Shown: positions 1 through 64,000 of the stretch, piece by piece
Position numbering within the stretch: the first letter of the stretch is position 1
Layout: every line of letters starts with the position of its first letter
DNA from: Eledone cirrhosa
Lineage: Eukaryota
Length of the DNA: 64,000 nucleotides
Direction of reading: 5' to 3'
NCBI GenBank assembly: GCA_964016885.1
Contig: OZ024755.1
Location: forward strand, 26,164,001-26,228,000
Position numbers and translations under genes: made by a program
The notes under the pieces: generated by a model
What the model was told of the DNA's origin: nothing
Database searches by the model: none
The model's input: only the letters and a program-made list of their open reading frames with translations

Positions 1-149
1 TCTATATATAAAGTCATCTTGAACGTATATACGGAACAATTCTTATGGAAATAAATATACTTCTCTCAAGCTGGTAACATATATATTACCTCCGTTTAGA
101 CGGCAGTCCAGCAACATTATTGACTTGCTTCTTTCGCCCTCTTACCTGA

Positions 150-890
150 TACTGACCAGCTTTAGTTGGCCGTAGGACATCCTATGGGACGTATACGCTA
201 AAACTGCTTCTTTGGCCATAGGAGATACTATGTGAAGTATATGCTTCTCTTGCCCTCTAAGCTTGTAGTGACTAGGGTTCAGCTGGCCGTAGGAAATACT
301 ATGGGAAGTATGCATTCTAAAACTGCTTCTTTCAGCCTCTAACCTGACACTGACCAGAGATTATCGTACGAGGGTTTAGCTGGCTGTAGAGGTTCCTACG
401 AGATGTTTACACCCTCTAAACAAGCACTGATCATGGTTTAGCTGGCCGTAGAGGATCCTACGAGAAGTATACGGCCTTAAACTGCTTATTTCACTATCTA
501 GCCTGGCATTGACCAAGGTTTAGCTGGCCGTAGAGGATCGTACGAGATGTTTACGCCCTTAAAGTGCTTCAATCGCCCTCTCATATGGAATTCACCAACT
601 GTGGAGGAGGGTGGTTTTAGTGACCAGGGTGTAGCTAGCTGTAGAGGATCCTACGAGATGTTTACGCCCTCTAAGTAGGCACTGATTATCGTTTAGCTGG
701 CCGTAGAGGATCGTACGAGATGTTTACGCCTTTAAAGTGCTCATGTCGCTCTCCAACCTAGCATTGACCAAGAGGATCCTAAGAGAAGTAGCTGGTCGTA
801 GAGGTTCCTACGAGAAGTATGTCGTTAAACTTCTTCAATCACCCTCTCACCTGGAATTGACCAACTATGGAGGAGGGTGGTTTTGGTGTG
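150..890. repeat. Degenerate minisatellite with a conserved ~40-bp core
   Basis: About 8 copies of GGTTTAGCTGGCCGTAGAGGATCCTACGAGA at irregular 60-110 bp spacing. Confidence 0.8.
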
Positions 891-1258
891 CTATGTAGGT
901 ATACTTCAATGGTTCTAACTGCTTACTAGGAGTGGCAGATTGACAATCAACTGCACACACATGTAAAGTGGAACAGACATAAGCAATGACAACATCATAT
1001 CTGTCTTTAACCTGGATTGCTTTGGAAACGTAAGATAATGTAGCATGATCAATCTATCACGTAACAATGAGCACCATTGAAATACAACACTACGTGGAGA
1101 TGTTGCAGTAGCTAAACAAAACTATCGTTTCAATAATTATTGCTGACGTTTATGGAAGGAAATAAACATAAAATAAAACTTTATTTTACCTCCTTATCAA
1201 TAGTGAAATCCAAGTTTTTAACGTTTTTCATTCGGGTTGGAAAAAAAAGAAATTATAC

Positions 1259-1340
1259 CAGCGGCCATTTTGTTTTTGCGAAGCAGAACTAGGCCAATTA
1301 CACATGCGCAAAAAAGTAGACATCAGTGCGCATGCGAAAA
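1259..1340 (-). promoter_or_regulatory. Promoter-like segment and candidate first coding mini-exon (ATG GCC GCT G|gtataa) of an unidentified downstream gene
   Basis: NRF1-like TGCGCATGCG (about 1327-1336), a second partial copy near 1304, CCAAT, and YY1-like CAAAATGGCCGC overlapping an ATG followed by a GT donor. Confidence 0.45.
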
Positions 1341-1699
1341 GTATTTAAACCCATTGTGACTTCACGATCGTGAGTTCGATTCTTTTTAGATTGTATACTT
1401 CCCATTTTATATATAGTATATATATATTTATATTAATAATAAATAATTACTATATATATTAATACATACATTTATATTATATATATTGTATATATATATA
1501 TTTATATATATTATAAATATGTATATAATTGTATTTTAAAAAATATATGTATTTATACACATATATTTTATTAAATATATATAAATTATTTGCTTACTAG
1601 GAGCGGCAGATTGACAATCAACTGCACACACATCTCTGTTGCCTTTGTAGCAGTTGACGATGATACTGCTATGCCAGTCATTGGGTATGGCACGATTTT

Positions 1700-1860
1700 G
1701 TATCACTTGGTTTTCAATATGAGTGTCCCACCATCCTAGATGCTTTCAGCATCTCGGCAACTATCACCGAAGGTTCAGCTGCCTTGCCTGTCTTCATATC
1801 TTGATTGCCTTAATTACTATACTACTGCTGACTTCTACAGCCAGTCCCTCTGTTGAGTTT
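1700..1860 (-). mobile_element. Decayed RTE RT fragment
   Basis: Reverse strand reads DMKTGKAAEPSVIVAEMLKAS. Confidence 0.7.
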
Positions 1861-2667
1861 ACTTGAGGAAAACTATGTGATACAATAATGATGTATTTAA
1901 GTCTTTAGCATTTAATTGCGACCATAATTTTCTTGCCAAACCTTTGTTATTTCATCATTTAGTTCCTGAAACATAAATAAACTCAACTCCTGCTGCGAAA
2001 ACTGAGGTGCTCATCCTCTCAAGTAAGCCTGTACAGTGCACCCTACATGTCAATGGAGTTCCACTGAAGCCACTAGAGAAGTTCAAGTATCCGGGGCCAA
2101 GAATTACAGTAATGTGCCAGCTTCAGCAGACCCTAAGTTCGGTTATTGGATGCCGCCTGACTCCACTATGAGGAGGGACAGGCAGTTGGCCGCACCAAAC
2201 CCATCTCATAGCATAACCATAGTTTAGGGGACCAGTACTGGATGACGCTGCTCTGAGTAAGGATCGGTGTGGAACCACTGAGTAAAACGTACTATAAAGA
2301 ACGTAAGTGTATATGAAGTTTCTAAATAAAGAGGCTAAGAATGTTTTTGAAAATGTCGGAAAAAATAAAGGCAGGTAACTCTATCAAAGTAAGAAATGTC
2401 TCCCTTGAACAGTGTCTTTAAAAAAAAGAAAAGAAACTAAGAATCTAGATGAAGTGTCTAAAAAAAAGAAATTAAGAATCTAAAAAAAAGTCTTTAGCAT
2501 TTAATTGCGACCCATCTCACAGCATAACCATAGTTTAGGGGACCAGTAATGGATGACGCTGCTCTGAGGAAGGATCGGTGTGGAACCACAGTATGGGAGC
2601 CTGGAACACAGATTTGGGGCCTGGCACTGGATGTCACCACTATGAGAATGGACATGTATTTGCATGC

Positions 2668-3212
2668 TGGTACATGTTGGATGGTCATTACAGTCCAACA
2701 CTTTCCATCCTGGTACATGTTTGATGGTCATTACAGTCCAACACTTTCCATCCTGGTACATGTTGGATAGTCATTACAGTCCTACACTTTCCATCCTGGT
2801 ACATGTTGGATGGTCATTACAGTCCTACACTTTCCATCCTGGTACATGTTGGATGGTCATTACAGTCCAACACTTTCCATCCTGGTATATGTTGGATGGT
2901 CATTACAGTCCTACACTTTCCATCCTGGTACATGTTGGATGGTCATTACAGTCCAACACTTTCCATCCTGGTACATGTTGGATGGTCATTACAGTCCTAC
3001 ACTTTCCATCCTGGTACATGTTGGATGGTCATTACAGTCCAACACTTTCCATCCTGGTACATGTTTGATGGTCATTACAGTCCAACACTTTCCATCCTGG
3101 TACATGTTGGATGGTCATTACAGTCCAACACTTTCCATCCTGGTACATGTTTGATGGTCATTACAGTGCTACACTTTCCATCCTGGTACATGTTGGATGG
3201 TCATTACAGTCC
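2668..3212. repeat. 43-bp minisatellite, about 12.5 copies
   Basis: TGGTACATGTTGGATGGTCATTACAGTCCAACACTTTCCATCC. Confidence 0.97.
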
Positions 3213-3825
3213 GAGACTAGAGAGATCGTGGGACTATATCTTCATTCTTACATTTTATATTTGGTAGGGTTTCTATGGGTGGGTGCCATTCCCAACACCA
3301 ACCACTTTACAGAGTAGTAACCAAATCAGTATGAATTTCTATGGTGCGCAGTCTCCATCTCAGTGTGTTGATATGGCTACAATCCTTCTTCTTCCTGAGC
3401 CAGGCTGCATCCTCTACCTCAACACCCTTCATTTCCAGAGTGATCCCTTGTGCTGCTGGCATCACACCATACCTCATTTTTCTGTTGCCCAGCATTTCTA
3501 TGAGAAAAATAATATTTTACCCGGCACCACCCTACAAAAATAAAGAAAATGTTATCAAAGACCTTAAACAAATGCCTCCATATGAAAACAAGGGTAAAAA
3601 TAAATTACATGAACGGATGTGAAGGATGATCTTTTTAACTTATTGAAGTCCTTCATTTTCAGTCGAAGAGAGGTAGTCACGGTTCTAGGACAGCATTCCT
3701 CACCGATGAGATGCCATCTGGTGTACCACAGATATTTATTCTTGGTCCCCTTTTGTTTGTGGCATATATTAATGACATAGATGCCAACTTAAAGAATGCC
3801 ACAGTACTGAAATATGTAGATCACA

Positions 3826-4260
3826 TCAAACTGGTGTAAGAGGGAGTTTGTTGCTGCTGCCCTAAGGTTTCCCTCGTGCCTTGCTGTGGGCTCATCCGGG
3901 ATCCTGGATAACAAGGTGTCGAGATGTTTCTTGAAGACATCCACCTCCACGTCATACAAATCTCTCAGATCCCTCGGCAGCTTGTTGAAGAGTTGAGGGC
4001 CCTTGAATCCCAGGCTATTGCAATACCTGCTCCTTATTCTAGATGTGGAAGACGGGACTTTTGGCACCACACAGTGACGTCCTGTTCGACGGTTGGTCCA
4101 GCTCCCAATGCCAAAGTTTGGTGCTAGTCCCTCCAGGATTTTCCACATGTAGATCACTGCGTACCTCTCCCGTCTTCGTTCCAAGGAGTAGAGGTTCAGC
4201 TCCTTCAGTCTCTCCCAGTACCTTGTCTCCTTCATCGTGGCAATCCTCTTGGTGTAGCTT
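3826..4260 (-). mobile_element. CR1/L2-group LINE 3' end
   Basis: YWERLKELNLYSLERRRERY...GPQLFNKLP...FKKHLD; a separate + strand RT remnant (SGVPQ..LGPLLFVAYINDI) lies at 3620-3825. Confidence 0.8.
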
Positions 4261-4871
4261 CAAAAACACACATTTCATATAGATTTTTTTTCCGACTTTT
4301 CAAAAACACACATTTCATATAGAATTTTTTTTCGAGTCTTCAAAAACACGTTTCATTTAGAATTTTTTTTCGACACTTCATTTAGATTCTTTTTTCCACA
4401 ACTCATCTAGATTTCTCAGTTCTTTTTTTTTTTTTAATGACACCGTTCAAGGGAAAGAGTTACCTTAGAAAGAGTTACCTCCCTTGATTTTTTTCTCCAC
4501 TTTAGCGACATCAGTTCCTCGATCCAGGCTCTTCGCCATGCATGAGTATCTGATGTCGCTTAAGTGGAGAAAAAAATGGCGCCCCGTTTCATATAGATAC
4601 CTCTACGTATTCGCTCCACTTGTTAGAAATAGCAGCCAAGAATTACCTAAGAATTACGAAGGTGAATTAGCAATGACACATGTAAATGCAACCTTTTATA
4701 TTTTATCTGTGTAGGAAATGATTAACAATGTTTTCGCTTTTGATTATGTCTAGATCTTAGTATATGTCTTGGTTGCTTAGGTCTGACCTGCGAATAAAAG
4801 TAAACAACAGCAACCTTATATATATATATATTCATACATGCATCTATGTATGTGTGCATGTAATATATATA

Positions 4872-5207
4872 TCATCATCATTTCATTTTATGTCCGCTTT
4901 TTCCCTGCTTGCAAGGGTGGGATGGGAACTGATTATGGCTTGATTTTTACAGCTGGATGCCCTTCCTAACACCAACCTCATTTACAGTGAGTGCTGGGTT
5001 CTTTTTGGCTGTGGCACCTCCACGACCACTTTGTAGTGGAATGATATGGACCCCAGTCCCTATCATCTCATTTCTACAGCTGAGTAAACTGGAGCAATGT
5101 GAAATAAAGTGTCTTGCTCAAGGAAACAACACATCACACGGTCTGAGAATTGAACTCACAACCTTTCGATTGCAAGCCCAATGCTCTAACCACTAAGCCA
5201 TGTGCCT

Positions 5208-5209
<2 letters not shown>
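4872..5209 (-). mobile_element. tRNA-derived SINE family A (tRNA head, CORE-like middle, RTE-derived tail); copies also at 26026-26360, 28768-29078, 51934-52266
   Basis: A box TGGCTTAGTGG, B box GAGTTCAATTC, middle TCCTTGAGCAAGACACTTTATTTCACATTGCTCCAG, 3' end shared with the RTE LINE, (GAT)n tail. Confidence 0.88.
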
Positions 5210-5251
<42 letters not shown>

Positions 5252-5439
5252 ATTTTACTATTTTCCAATTATATTATTCTCCTAGATTTAATAATTAACT
5301 AATTAATTTAATTAGACAATTCTGTTGATTGGTTAATTATTTATGTTTGTTTTATGGCATCTAGTTGAGAGCTTATCATGATGATTAGCGGAAATTAAAA
5401 TATTTCCTTTGTCTAACATTTTGAATGACCCGCCAAAAA

Positions 5440-5815
5440 CCGGGGGTTATTTCCCTTGCCGGAATTAACACGTGACAGCAATGCAAGTCGGCAGCAGTTT
5501 AGTAAGTAAGGCAATAAAGGATATGATAGCTGGGAAAGCAACCGGACCATCGGGTATAACTGCCGAGATGCTGAAAGTATCTGGGTCGGTAGGTCACACT
5601 ATAACCACACCTATTGTTACTAAGTAATACTAGATGGCATCATACCAAATGATTGGCACAGCAGCATCATAGTCAACTGCTACAAGGGTAAAGGTGATGC
5701 ACTAGATAGAGGAAACTATAGAGGTATAAAGCTGATGGACCAGGTCATGAAAGTAAAAGAATTATAGCACAGCTGATTAGGGACCAGGTAAATCTCGATG
5801 AAATGCAGTATATTT
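5440..5815 (+). mobile_element. Decayed RTE RT fragment
   Basis: KAIKDMIAGKATGPSGITAEMLK...NCYKGKGDALDRGNYRGIKL matches the 58 kb ORF. Confidence 0.85.
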
Positions 5816-6799
5816 GGTAACATATGTGTTACAGACAAATCTGTTTCTAGAAATAAGAAGCAAACCTTCGATTTAGTAACCCAGTATCAAGAAAGGAGGC
5901 ATGGATTGACACTCACCACCAAATAATCCCACCAGCAGGAGATCCCAAGTAAGATGGTTGGATAACATCCATGAGCTTCGTTGCTTCTGACAGAAACTGC
6001 TGGAACGAGTGGGCAATGAGACTACCAAAACACTGCAATATGGGTAGATACAACAAAGGCAGTTATACTGCGGCGTCCTTCGTATGAGTTAACAAAAGAT
6101 GCATTCAGGCCTGTTCTAAACATTTATTGCAGTCTCCATCTCATGTTGTAAAAACTGGTGATGAGCCTGTGACTACCCTATTTGGCATGAGATGGATGCA
6201 TAAAGATTGCATATTCTGAGACACCAAAGAGAGCAAACCATAAAAATTGGAACCTGGAAGATCATGAATCTTACAAGTAAGGAGCAGGAACTAGTGGAGG
6301 AGGGTAGATATGAGCTAAATCCCATTGAAGCTTTGGTGGAGAGAATACTTTGTTGATCTAAAACCGATCACAACAGCATCTTCTAATGTACACGAGGTGC
6401 TTCTTGCATGTTCTTGCTATTGGAAAGAGATGAAGGTGAGACACACTACCAAGTGAAGCAGGCATGGATTGAAACTTGCCTCACCTACCAAATATTCCTT
6501 TGTTTATACAGTCACTGAATGATCCACAATTGATGAATAAGTTTGTCATCATCAAATTTCAATAGACAACTATAAGTGCATTCCCATCCGTTAACCTTAT
6601 TCTCATACATGGGTGGCTCCTTGTAACTTCATTCACTATATTATTCATGTTCACATGACCTTGTTTATGTCCTACCGTTACCACCCCTTGAATTATTTAT
6701 TTTGTTGGAGCCCCTGAAGTTCCTGCATTTTGAATTATGCAACTGGATTAACATCAAAGACTATAATGGAACATTTTTGAAATAAAAAAAAAATAAGAC

Positions 6800-9414
6800 A
6801 AATTCATTTTCAAAAGTTAGCCTTTATTTACATGTTTGTTTTCCTGAAACAAATTTACTGATATTTAAAAAATATATATATCAAACTTAAATGAGTCAGT
6901 GGTTTTATTCTGTAGCCATTGGAGCCTAATTTCAGAGGGTGTGTTGTTGTAACAAAGGATATTTACAAAAGAAACCATAAGAAAGCAATGACCCTCACAT
7001 TTCTTAAGCATTAATGCTACTGTACTCTTAAGAATGGTAAAATCAGCTTTAAAAACTCACAAGAAAGAACTATATTTTTAATTTGTGTAATGAAAATAAA
7101 ATAAACAAACATTAAAAAGAAGCAAGTGGCAACATACAGAATTAAACCCTCCATTAATTTCACCAAAATAGGCCAGAAAATTTTCAGACTAAAGGAATAA
7201 ATTCAAAGTATGAATTGCTTTTATTATTTAGTTGCTTTCAACAGCAACAAATTATTTTAAAATTGAACAGCTATTTTTTTTTAGAAAACTATTCAATAGA
7301 ATTATTAAAAGACAAACTAAGCTGAACTTAAGGTCATAGAATAGAGACCATCAGAAGATTTAGACACTTTGGTTGAAGAATAAAAAGGAAGGAGAAATTG
7401 AAATTCAGAGTCCATTCTTAGAGTGAAAAGTTAACTAAAATTCGAAACTCTTCTACCAAGCACAGTGGACAATCACAGAAAGATTCTAATGCAAGAATTC
7501 TTTTTAAATGGACATTTAAATTGATCATTAACCAATGAATCTTATAACAAAAACATTATCTTAAATATTTTTAGTACAAAGTAACAGAACATAAGTATAT
7601 TTATTCAAAGGTTTACGTATATTGTAATAACAAATTTACATGAAACTGAGAATGAAATTAATGAAACTAGTAGATGTTGGAGTGTTAAAGGAACATTGTA
7701 AACAAGAAATGACAGTAAATAGCAAACAAATGCCAGATGGAAGGACTCAGCTCATACAACAAGAATAAATCAACCAGCTAATATGGATATGCCATATTAT
7801 GCAGCAATGAATCAACAAAATAAAGCATTGAACTGAATATCAATACAACAATGCAAGCATGGCTCCTTTGCCATTCTGCAGAGCACCACATTGCGACACT
7901 ACATTTTAAATGAGTCAATAAAGGGAGCCTCAACATAATTGCTAATCTGCAAGAAATAGTAGCCAAATTTCCCTAAAATCAGACCATACCATTTTAAAGG
8001 ACACATTAGATGTGTTCCTGGGTTCTCTGCACATAAGAAAACAACAAGATGGTAATGATTGGGTTTCTTGGAAGGTGTTTGATCAAGAGGTCATTTAAGG
8101 TTAATTAACAACTACAATTAAAAAAAAAAATCTTATGTCTATCACAGTTAAATATTTCATACATTTCCATTCCATGAAACTATTTACAAACATCAGCAAA
8201 GCATTGGAAGGAAATCTGAATTTGAGCAGAAATAAATTGCAGCAAAATCAAATTGTTTTAAATAAAATAAATCATTTCTTTATATATTATATCTTAGAAA
8301 GATAAATAAACGAATGATTTCAGTAAATTTTGTTCTAAATCCCATTTTGAACAGTAATTAATTCTTTTTAAAAAATAGCAAAAATGTCAAAAAATGTGAA
8401 GACAAAAAATACAAGTAAAAAAAAGAATACACGAGAATGAATTGTTGAATTCAAAGAAGAAATTATTATTCATTCATTCCTCTGAAAACCAAATTGATAT
8501 CACAGAAACAAATATTCAATTTCCTGACAATGTGTATACTGTCAAATATATTGCTGTTTGCAGGTTGGCACATTAATGTACTGAACGGAAAAAAAAAAAA
8601 GGGGGGGGGGGGGGGGTGAGAACAAAACGAAAACCTCAAAGGAATGGTATTTCTATGTTTGTCTTTGTTCAGCTATGAAAGCATTTATAAAACAACCATC
8701 GTCAATATTATAATGATGCATGCTTATCAGTTAGTACACACACAACAATAACAACAGAACAAAGATCTCCAGAAGAAATTAGTATCGGTGAGAATAGAAG
8801 GCCACTGTGTTGTCAAAAAGTAAAAATTTGCAATGAAGTTTTAATTATAGCATCATAAATCTGCAATTTTATATGGAGTGCAGTATTTATTCTGGTTCTT
8901 TTAATATATACATTCAAGCAAATCAAAGCTACTTTATATAGGAGATAAAAAAACAAAACATTACTTCCAAGTTATTCAGATTACACTAGAAATAAATATA
9001 AATTTAACATTTTAATATATCAGAAGATATGAACATAAAGGAAACTAAAAAATCTTACGACTGATCTAATTGGCGGACAGCAAGTTATGAATAGAATGAA
9101 ACCTTCCCAATTGTTTAAAAAGACAAGGAAAAAAATACTAAAAACAAAACAAAACCCCTATTAACCTGACAAAAAGCTGTTCAATTCCAAAAAATGACTG
9201 TAATAATATAAAGATTATTCAGTTTACAGCTATAGCTGTTACAGTGTAAGAAAAATGTTTCATTTGCATGTATTATATGTAACAAATATCCATTTTATCC
9301 ACACATATATACATGCACATACAGATACACACACATATATACATGTATACATACATACACACATACATATACACAGATATATACACACATATATACATGT
9401 ATACACACATACAC

Positions 9415-9486
<72 letters not shown>

Positions 9487-9719
9487 CACACATAGATATA
9501 TACACATACACACATATATATATATACACATGGTATCAAGCATGCTTATTTTTCCAGACATTTCAGAGTAACTTAGAAATTGCATTTGCTTGAATAAGCT
9601 TTACAATACATATTGTACAACAACTCTACATCAGCAGTCAAAAAAAAAAAGCAACTGGCCTGAAGATATTGCTCAAATAATATATATATAAAACCACTCT
9701 GATATTTCTTTTCATAATA
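6800..9719 (-). other. CKAP5: Probable long (about 2.9 kb) CKAP5 3' UTR
   Basis: Repeat-poor, U-rich on the minus strand. AATAAA at 6828-6823 is followed by a U-rich tract; other AATAAA candidates lie near 8890, 7600, 7220 and 6905. Confidence 0.5.
9300..9530. repeat. (CA)/(TA) microsatellite block in the putative 3' UTR; others at 5210-5248, 19919-20020, 23811-23875 (GA), 30597-30637, 38020-38306, 39150-39207
   Basis: Direct reading. Confidence 0.97.

Positions 9720-64000
<54,281 letters not shown>

Noticed and set aside
150-890. CRISPR-like repeat/spacer look
   Set aside because: Eukaryotic context, no cas genes, degenerate repeats, and 'spacers' homologous to one another
2494-3317. Overlapping repetitive ORFs
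   Set aside because: By-product of a stop-poor 43-bp minisatellite; unit length is not a multiple of 3 and no splice or domain evidence
5130-5209. tRNA gene
   Set aside because: A and B boxes are present but fused to a SINE body in several dispersed copies, with no complete acceptor stem
9255-9593. YI/HT-rich ORFs (also 19922, 37726-38399)
   Set aside because: Translations of TA/CA microsatellites

Overview
AT-rich, microsatellite- and transposon-dense animal DNA. The repeat content (RTE LINEs with (GAT)n tails, tRNA-derived SINEs, TA/CA microsatellites) suggests an octopus-like cephalopod; this is inferred, not verified. Most of the window is one minus-strand gene, CKAP5 (ch-TOG/XMAP215/Msps microtubule polymerase). 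I traced 38 phase-consistent coding exons from within TOG2 (63976) to the stop codon (9720), 5070 nt or about 1689 aa. The 5' exons lie beyond the right edge. One intron needs a non-canonical GC donor. A probable long 3' UTR runs to about 6.8 kb, and a promoter-like segment with a candidate tiny first exon of a second minus-strand gene sits near 1.26 kb. The introns hold a young 5'-truncated RTE LINE whose RT contains a PHD-like zinc finger, plus an inverted sister copy. They also hold two SINE families, about 17 TTAA-flanked piggyBac-like MITEs, hAT, Tc1 and Helitron-like elements, a decayed mariner, CR1/L2 fragments and many minisatellites. The most unusual features are long intronic palindromes carrying hammerhead-ribozyme cores. 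One arm folds on paper into a complete type I hammerhead on the CKAP5 sense strand, nested inside inverted RTE tails. Most short ORFs in the supplied track are repeat-derived noise.
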